A DNA stretch of 12,698 nucleotides, taken from assembly GCA_046757665.1 (NCBI GenBank), contig JBHHYO010000074.1, positions 1-12,698 on the forward strand. Direction: 5' to 3'. The notes under the pieces are model-generated. The model saw nothing but the letters and a program-made list of their open reading frames with translations. It was not told the DNA's origin and did not search any database. Of the stretch, positions 7,608 to 12,698 are shown piece by piece (the stretch's first letter is position 1; each line of letters opens with the position of its first letter). Source of the stretch: Nitrospinales bacterium (GTDB lineage: Bacteria > Nitrospinota > Nitrospinia > Nitrospinales > JAJDAT01). The translations under genes and the position numbers were made by a program.

Positions 7608-7988
7608 TCAAAGTTTTTGCCGGCCGGCATAACCCGCGTCCAGATCGTGCCAGAAACGAACTTCCTCCTCGGGAATTTTCCAACAAAGAAAAACCTCCCG
7701 GCCGTTCAGGATCGCGGGAAAATCCACCAGACCCTCGGCGATTCCCTTGATAATGCAACCCTCATCCGACAAGTCGTTCATAGCCCGGTTGAGTTGCAGG
7801 GCGACCTGCAAATAAGCGGAGCCCTGCTCACTGCCTCCATTGAAGCGGGCATTTTCCCGCGCCTTCTCGACGTCGGGAAACTGGTTGGCCAACCGGGCCG
7901 CCAGGCTCTGAATACGGGGAACATCCTTGAGCAACCTGGGCACCAGGGAATTGGCTTCATTCACGGTAAAATGTTTTTTGAACGCCAT
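7608..7988 (-). CDS. DUF2203 family protein
   Basis: FTVNEANSLVP...IKGIAEGLVDFP...EVFLCWK..E....WH...AGYAGR matches the recalled DUF2203 pattern. ATG at 7988 preferred over the upstream start at 7997. Confidence 0.85.
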   Translation of the reverse strand: MAFKKHFTVNEANSLVPRLLKDVPRIQSLAARLANQFPDVEKARENARFNGGSEQGSAYLQVALQLNRAMNDLSDEGCIIKGIAEGLVDFPAILNGREVFLCWKIPEEEVRFWHDLDAGYAGRQKL

Positions 7989-8037
7989 AAGGCACAATGG
8001 GGGAAAAAGGTTGACCGGGCGAGCTTTTTCAATCCCG

Positions 8038-8066
8038 ATTATAATTTATCACAGCGGACCTGTCCA
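8038..8066 (-). promoter_or_regulatory. Sigma70-type promoter for the DUF2203 gene
   Basis: Minus strand TGGACA (8066-8061), 17-bp spacer, TATAAT (8043-8038). Confidence 0.65.
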
Positions 8067-8215
8067 ATTGATTAGCGGAAATTTTTCCGGCATCAATGAG
8101 CCTGTTTTATCATAAATTTTATCGGCGCCGGGAAGGGACGGGAAAACCGCCAACGGCCCGCGGGATAAGAAAATTCTGAAAATGCACCCTAAGCGGAAAT
8201 TCGGGCTTTTTTTAA

Positions 8216-8244
8216 TTGACAAACCGTATGTAAGGATATAGATT
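8216..8244 (+). promoter_or_regulatory. Sigma70-type promoter for the exported hypothetical protein
   Basis: TTGACA (8216-8221), 17-bp spacer, TAGATT (8239-8244), with a T-rich tract upstream. Confidence 0.7.
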
Positions 8245-8361
8245 TTGAACTATAAATTAAGAATACCCTGCGGCGGAACAGCGCGAATAAAACGCATCAA
8301 CCAGCCGATCGCTTAAATTTTCCTGAGTTTAACCATGTCTCAAAAAAACAAGGGGGGACAA

Positions 8362-8832
8362 ATGAAAAAACCATTAATCCTAGCCTCAGTTGTTGCATTT
8401 GTTGCCGCAATGTCCTTGGGCGTCGCGGTTTCTTTTGCGGACGAGTTGTTGCCGGGCGCTTATGCCCAGCAAGACCAGAGCGTCATGGGTGTCGGCAAAA
8501 CCATGGTTGAAATGGGTGCCGCCGACCGTGCCCTGACCAACGCCGTGAACCTGGCTTCCGGAGCCGGCAGGTCCAGAAACACTTCGTTTGGTGTCAACGT
8601 GGACTATCAGTTCGGGTCATCGCAGTCAGACCAGTCCTGGAAAGCCGCCAGAACCGTCGAGGAAGCGCAAGTGCGCGGACTGGTCCCCGGCGATTGCCAG
8701 GGCGACAACTCCACGGACGCTTACAGGAAGCAAATGAATCAAAGCCGGGATGGATACGTGCAAGAGAAGCTGATCCCCAACAACATCTGCGGGGACCACC
8801 ACCCGACCATAAAAATCGGGGCGACCAACTAA
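8362..8832 (+). CDS. Exported hypothetical protein
   Basis: Sec-type signal MKKPLILASVVAFVAAMSLGVAVSFA and ribosome-binding site AAGGGGG before the ATG at 8362 (ORF track starts at 8335). Has its own promoter and a downstream hairpin. No family recognised. Confidence 0.85.
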   Translation: MKKPLILASVVAFVAAMSLGVAVSFADELLPGAYAQQDQSVMGVGKTMVEMGAADRALTNAVNLASGAGRSRNTSFGVNVDYQFGSSQSDQSWKAARTVEEAQVRGLVPGDCQGDNSTDAYRKQMNQSRDGYVQEKLIPNNICGDHHPTIKIGATN

Positions 8833-8856
8833 GCTCATATTGGCGCATTTATCCCT

Positions 8857-8889
8857 TCCCGGACGAAAAGCAGTACCGCCCGTCCGGGA
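8857..8889 (+). terminator. Stem-loop downstream of the exported hypothetical protein
   Basis: TCCCGGACG (8857-8865) and CGTCCGGGA (8881-8889) form a perfect 9-bp stem with a 15-nt loop. No U tract, so it is not a classical intrinsic terminator. Confidence 0.4.
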
Positions 8890-8922
8890 CAATATCGATC
8901 AACATGGTAAAAAGCCGGTAGA

Positions 8923-9396
8923 ATGAAAATTCTATCGGCTTTTTCTTTACGCCCCTTCTCCCCAATCCCGCACTCCATGGTCCGGCGGATTCTCCTGTTA
9001 CTCTGCATCCTGCATCTCATGCAACCTGTCCCCTCCCTGCCTGCCGAAAAGATTTCCTTGAAACAGTATCCCACTCTCAGTATCCCGGTGACGAATCCGG
9101 TGGACCTTAGCCGACTGCCCCGGGACAAAATGTTCCAGGTGAAGGACGAACAATTCATCCTGCAATTTTTTTTCAACGAACGGGACATATTCGGATTTAT
9201 CATGAAACGCGACAAAAAACTCCCGTTATACCTCCGGTGGTGTTTTTTCCGTTCCTGCGAGGAAAGCCCGTTCGATTACACGGTCCGCATCGCGGCGCCC
9301 TACCAGCCGCCTTTTGTTAAGGGATTTTTTGTGGTCAACTTCCCGCCCGGAATTCAATACGACTTTCAAGGATTGTTGTTCTCCTCACCTCGTTAA
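8923..9396 (+). CDS. Hypothetical protein, probably exported (likely start ATG 8977)
   Basis: Fills the gap between neighbours. From M19, MVRRILLLLCILHLMQPVPSLPA resembles a signal peptide. Aromatic-rich body with WCFFRSCEES. No family recognised. Confidence 0.7.
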   Translation: MKILSAFSLRPFSPIPHSMVRRILLLLCILHLMQPVPSLPAEKISLKQYPTLSIPVTNPVDLSRLPRDKMFQVKDEQFILQFFFNERDIFGFIMKRDKKLPLYLRWCFFRSCEESPFDYTVRIAAPYQPPFVKGFFVVNFPPGIQYDFQGLLFSSPR

Positions 9397-9440
9397 AAAT
9401 GACGCAAGGAGAAGCCTTTGTCCCGTTTCCGGCTGGTCCT

Positions 9441-9449
9441 TGGTATAAT
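9441..9449 (+). promoter_or_regulatory. Extended -10 promoter for the DUF1566 gene
   Basis: TG-G-TATAAT at 9441-9449, about 45 bp upstream of the ATG at 9495. No well-spaced -35 seen. Confidence 0.55.
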
Positions 9450-9494
9450 TTGTTCAAGCGAATAAATTCCAAAACCACCATCCATGAGGTTGTT

Positions 9495-9929
9495 ATGACC
9501 ACAAACAGATTTGTCGATAACGGCAACGACACCATAACCGACTCGGACACGGGACTGACCTGGCTCAAACGGGATTCCCGGCAGATAACAAAAAAATGGC
9601 TCCACCTGGAAAAAGCCCGGGAGTTCGCGGAAGAATTAAACGCCGCCCGGTTCGGCGGTTTTGACGACTGGAGGGTGCCGAAACTGGAAGACGTTAAAAC
9701 CATTTTCGACAAAAAGTTCACCCTCCTGACCCACGGAAACGACGAGATTCATATTCCGCCGGTTTTCGAGGCCGGTTGCACCGACAGCACATGGACCGAC
9801 GAGGTGAATGGAGAACGGGCCATGGTGTACAGTCTCATCAAGGGAAGGTCGAGCTGGATCAACAAACTGGGGGAAGGCCCCTTTGCCGTTCGCCTGGTGC
9901 GGGGCACGGCAAAAGACAAGGGGATTTAA
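9495..9929 (+). CDS. DUF1566 (Lcl C-terminal-like) domain protein
   Basis: RFVDNGNDTITDSDTGLTW, LNAARFGGFDDWRVP, W(T) and VRLVR are typical DUF1566 motifs. GAGGT precedes the ATG at 9495. Stop overlaps the convergent symporter stop (TTAA, 9926-9929). Confidence 0.88.
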   Translation: MTTNRFVDNGNDTITDSDTGLTWLKRDSRQITKKWLHLEKAREFAEELNAARFGGFDDWRVPKLEDVKTIFDKKFTLLTHGNDEIHIPPVFEAGCTDSTWTDEVNGERAMVYSLIKGRSSWINKLGEGPFAVRLVRGTAKDKGI

Positions 9930-11152
9930 TGCTCCTCCACAAACTTTTCTTCCAGCCGGTCGATGATCGCCGCGCCGATGGAATCGCCCCAGACGTTGAC
10001 GGTTGTCCGGCACCGGTCCAGAAACCAGTCGATAGCCAGAAGCATCCCGATGCCTTCCAGCGGCAGTCCAACCGACTGGAGAACCATCACCAGGGTCACC
10101 AACCCGGCTTCGGGGATTCCGGCGGCGCCCACCGCGGCCAGCGTCGCGGTTAAAAAAATGACGGTCTGTTCCGCGAAGCCCAGGTGAATCTGAAACACCT
10201 GGGCAATGAACAAAGCCGCAACCGCCTCGTACATGGCGGTGCCGTCCATATTCACCGTGGCGCCCAGGGGGAGGACAAACAAAGACGCTTTCCGTGACAC
10301 CTTGTTGTTTTGCTCGGCGCACTCGATGGTGACCGGAAGCGTGGCCGAACTGCTGGCCGTGGAGAAAGCCGTGATCAAAGCCTCCCCGGCGTTTTTCAGG
10401 TAAACCACCGGGTTTCTGCGCGTAAAAACGACCAGCAAAACCGGCAACACAACGACCGCATGAACCAGGAGCCCGCTGACTACGGTCAAAACGTATTTGC
10501 CGATTTTCACCAGCTCCGCAAGAAACGCATCCCCGCCGCCGGTCGCGCCCAGCTTCGAGGCAATCAATCCGAAAATCCCAAGAGGCGCCAAATACATCAC
10601 CAGATGAACGATTTTCATCATGGCGGCATTGACGACATCGAAAAAATCAATGACCACCTTGCCCTTGGTCCCCAAAGTTGTCAGGACCCCTCCAAACAAC
10701 AGGGAAAAAACAATCAACGGAAGAATCTCCATTTCCACCATGGAACGGACAAGGTTCGGCGAGACAAACGTCTGCAAAATCGTGGTCAGGCCCACGGACT
10801 CTTTTCCGGAAACCTTTTCCGGCAGGTCCAGGGCTCCGGCTTCCATTCCCACTCCCGGCTGAATCAGGTTGACCAATAACAACCCGATCACTACCGAAAC
10901 GGCCGTGGTGAGCATGTAATAACCCAAAGTGATGACACCGGTTTTCCCCAGCTTGCGGATATCGCCCAACCCCGCGATGCCCACGATCATGGAAGAGACA
11001 ATCAGCGGCACCACGAGCATTTTCAAGGCATCGAGGAAAAGTTCTCCCATCCAGGCAACCGCCAGCATGGACTTCCCAAAGGTCCAGCCGCACACCCCGC
11101 CGCTCAGGATTCCGATGACAGTCAGGAAGAGGAGCCGGTTTTTCTTTTTCAT
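9926..11152 (-). CDS. Dicarboxylate/amino acid:cation symporter (DAACS/SDF family, GltP/GltPh-like)
   Basis: LKMLVVPLI, AFSTASSSATLP, VLPLGATVNMDGTA, VGAAGIPEAG, DWFLDRCRTTVNVWGD. The NMDGT motif is of the glutamate/aspartate transporter type. Confidence 0.96.
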   Translation of the reverse strand: MKKKNRLLFLTVIGILSGGVCGWTFGKSMLAVAWMGELFLDALKMLVVPLIVSSMIVGIAGLGDIRKLGKTGVITLGYYMLTTAVSVVIGLLLVNLIQPGVGMEAGALDLPEKVSGKESVGLTTILQTFVSPNLVRSMVEMEILPLIVFSLLFGGVLTTLGTKGKVVIDFFDVVNAAMMKIVHLVMYLAPLGIFGLIASKLGATGGGDAFLAELVKIGKYVLTVVSGLLVHAVVVLPVLLVVFTRRNPVVYLKNAGEALITAFSTASSSATLPVTIECAEQNNKVSRKASLFVLPLGATVNMDGTAMYEAVAALFIAQVFQIHLGFAEQTVIFLTATLAAVGAAGIPEAGLVTLVMVLQSVGLPLEGIGMLLAIDWFLDRCRTTVNVWGDSIGAAIIDRLEEKFVEEH

Positions 11153-11276
11153 CGATCACCGCCCGGTCGTCGTTTTCGCAATAAGGGATGTTCGGCCCAA
11201 GGGAAATGGAGTATATTGTTATCCGCTGATCCCAGCGGTGTTAAATTGAAGTCCGACATCAAACTTGGAGGCCCCC

Positions 11277-12566
11277 ATGGCAGAAACGGTTACAGTTACC
11301 CATCAAGGGAAAACGTTTGAATTGCCCATCGTAACAGGCCGCATGGGCGAACGGGGAATCGATATTTCCAACTTGCTTGCCAAAACCGGGTTGATCGCTT
11401 TTGATCCGGGGTATGTCAATACCGGGTCGTGCAAAAGCGCGATAACTTATCTCGACGGCAATAAAGGCATTCTCCTGTACCGGGGAATCCCCATCGAGCA
11501 ACTTGCCGAAAAAAGCACGTTTATCGAAACCGCCTACCTTCTTATTTATGGAAAACTGCCCACGCAATCCGAACTGGACGAGTTTCATTACCACATCGTT
11601 CATCATTCGATGGTTCACGAATCCATCAAAAACCTTTACGACGGATTCCCCAACAATCCGCACCCCATGGCCGTTTGTAGCGCGGTGGTGGGCTCCCTGG
11701 CCACTTTTTACGCGGGGGAATTGGGCGTCCGCAACGAGCGCCAGGTGGAGATCGCCATTCACCGGCTTTTAGCCAAACTGCCCACCATTGCCGCCTACAG
11801 TTACAAAAAATCCATTGGCCAGCCCCTGCCCTACCCCAACAACGCCATGAGCTATACGCAAAATTTTCTCAACATGATGTTCTCCACGCCCTGCGAGGAT
11901 TACCAAGTGGACCCGCTGGCCGCCAAGACCCTGGATGTCCTGCTCATCCTGCACGCCGACCACGAGCAAAACTGTTCCACCAGCGCCGTGCGCCTGGTAG
12001 GCAGTTCCATGTGCAATCTGTTTGCCTCGGTTTCAGCCGGAATTTATGCCTTGTGGGGACCTCTGCACGGCGGGGCCAACCAGGCGGTCATCGAAATGCT
12101 TCAACATATCAAAACTGACGGCGGAAATGTCAATAAATATATCGAAAAGGCAAAAGACCACAAAGATCCCTTCCGGCTCATGGGATTCGGACACCGCGTT
12201 TACAAAAATTTTGACCCCCGGTGCAAGATCATCAAAAAACTGGCCCATGAAGTTATGGAAAAATTGCAGATCAAGGAACCGCTATTCGATATCGCTCTCA
12301 GTCTGGAGGAAGTCGCCCTCAAGGAATCCTATTTCATCGAAAAAAAGCTGTACCCCAATGTCGATTTTTATTCCGGCCTGATTTACAAGGCATTGAATAT
12401 TCCCGTCAACATGTTTCCCGTCATGTTTGCCATGGGACGGTTGCCCGGCTGGATTGCCCAATGGAAAGAACTGCAGGAAGACAAAAATTTCAAAATCGGC
12501 CGGCCACGGCAAATTTATTCGGGCAACCCGCAAACCGATTACGTTCCCATTGAACAAAGACAATAG
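11277..12566 (+). CDS. gltA: Citrate synthase
   Basis: DPGYVNTGSCKSAITYLDG, LHADHEQNCSTS, WGPLHGGANQ, GFGHRVYK, YPNVDFYSG, RPRQIY. GGAGG precedes the ATG at 11277. Confidence 0.98.
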   Translation: MAETVTVTHQGKTFELPIVTGRMGERGIDISNLLAKTGLIAFDPGYVNTGSCKSAITYLDGNKGILLYRGIPIEQLAEKSTFIETAYLLIYGKLPTQSELDEFHYHIVHHSMVHESIKNLYDGFPNNPHPMAVCSAVVGSLATFYAGELGVRNERQVEIAIHRLLAKLPTIAAYSYKKSIGQPLPYPNNAMSYTQNFLNMMFSTPCEDYQVDPLAAKTLDVLLILHADHEQNCSTSAVRLVGSSMCNLFASVSAGIYALWGPLHGGANQAVIEMLQHIKTDGGNVNKYIEKAKDHKDPFRLMGFGHRVYKNFDPRCKIIKKLAHEVMEKLQIKEPLFDIALSLEEVALKESYFIEKKLYPNVDFYSGLIYKALNIPVNMFPVMFAMGRLPGWIAQWKELQEDKNFKIGRPRQIYSGNPQTDYVPIEQRQ

Positions 12567-12698
12567 AATGCCGCAAGGAAAAGCGTTGGGGACGGTGAGA
12601 AGTGAAAGGAATGATGCGCTTGCTTCGACTATCTGTTAAAGGCCAACGGCGCGGCAAAAGCTCAACGGCGCGCCGGAAAAATCACAGCGGCTCGATCG

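Noticed and set aside
7599-8075. 158-aa plus-strand ORF overlapping the hisN-like stop
   Set aside because: It is antisense to the well-supported DUF2203 gene, which has its own promoter.
8835-9215. 126-aa minus-strand Cys-rich ORF
   Set aside because: It overlaps the more protein-like plus-strand ORF and has an atypical composition.
9636-11762. Several 100-230 aa ORFs overlapping the symporter and gltA
   Set aside because: They are shadow or alternative frames of strongly supported genes.
12644-12672. 10-bp direct repeat CAACGGCGCG twice after gltA
   Set aside because: Only two short copies with a 9-bp gap near the window edge. Not a CRISPR array and not a clear terminator.
1-12698. Mobile elements, tRNA/rRNA genes, CRISPR arrays and a firm taxonomic assignment
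   Set aside because: No transposase, integrase, RNA gene or repeat-spacer array was seen. The gene style is reminiscent of Nitrospina-like bacteria, but this cannot be supported without a database search.

Overview
Bacterial chromosomal window of moderate GC. The left half is a minus-strand heavy-metal RND operon in this transcription order: sigma70 promoter, 89-aa Cys/Pro-Pro leader ORF (CutF/CruR-like), TolC/CusC-like outer-membrane factor, CusB-like adaptor, a 106-bp palindromic repeat, a lower-GC membrane-anchored HD-GYP+YHS gene, and a CusA-type RND transporter. The CusA gene is missing from the supplied ORF track because it runs off the window edge. The main observation is that this CusA keeps a canonical periplasmic domain and the Cu(I)/Ag(I) Met triad, but has Val at position 405, the proton-relay Asp of E. 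coli CusA, and differs at three other normally conserved membrane-domain residues. Together with the inserted metal-binding phosphodiesterase and the leader peptide, this suggests (inference only) a Cus system repurposed toward sensing or uncoupled transport. The right half looks like ordinary chromosome: a HisN-like inositol-monophosphatase-family gene, DUF2203, two exported hypotheticals, DUF1566, a dicarboxylate/amino acid:cation symporter and citrate synthase. All calls come from manual translation and recalled motifs; no searches were run.
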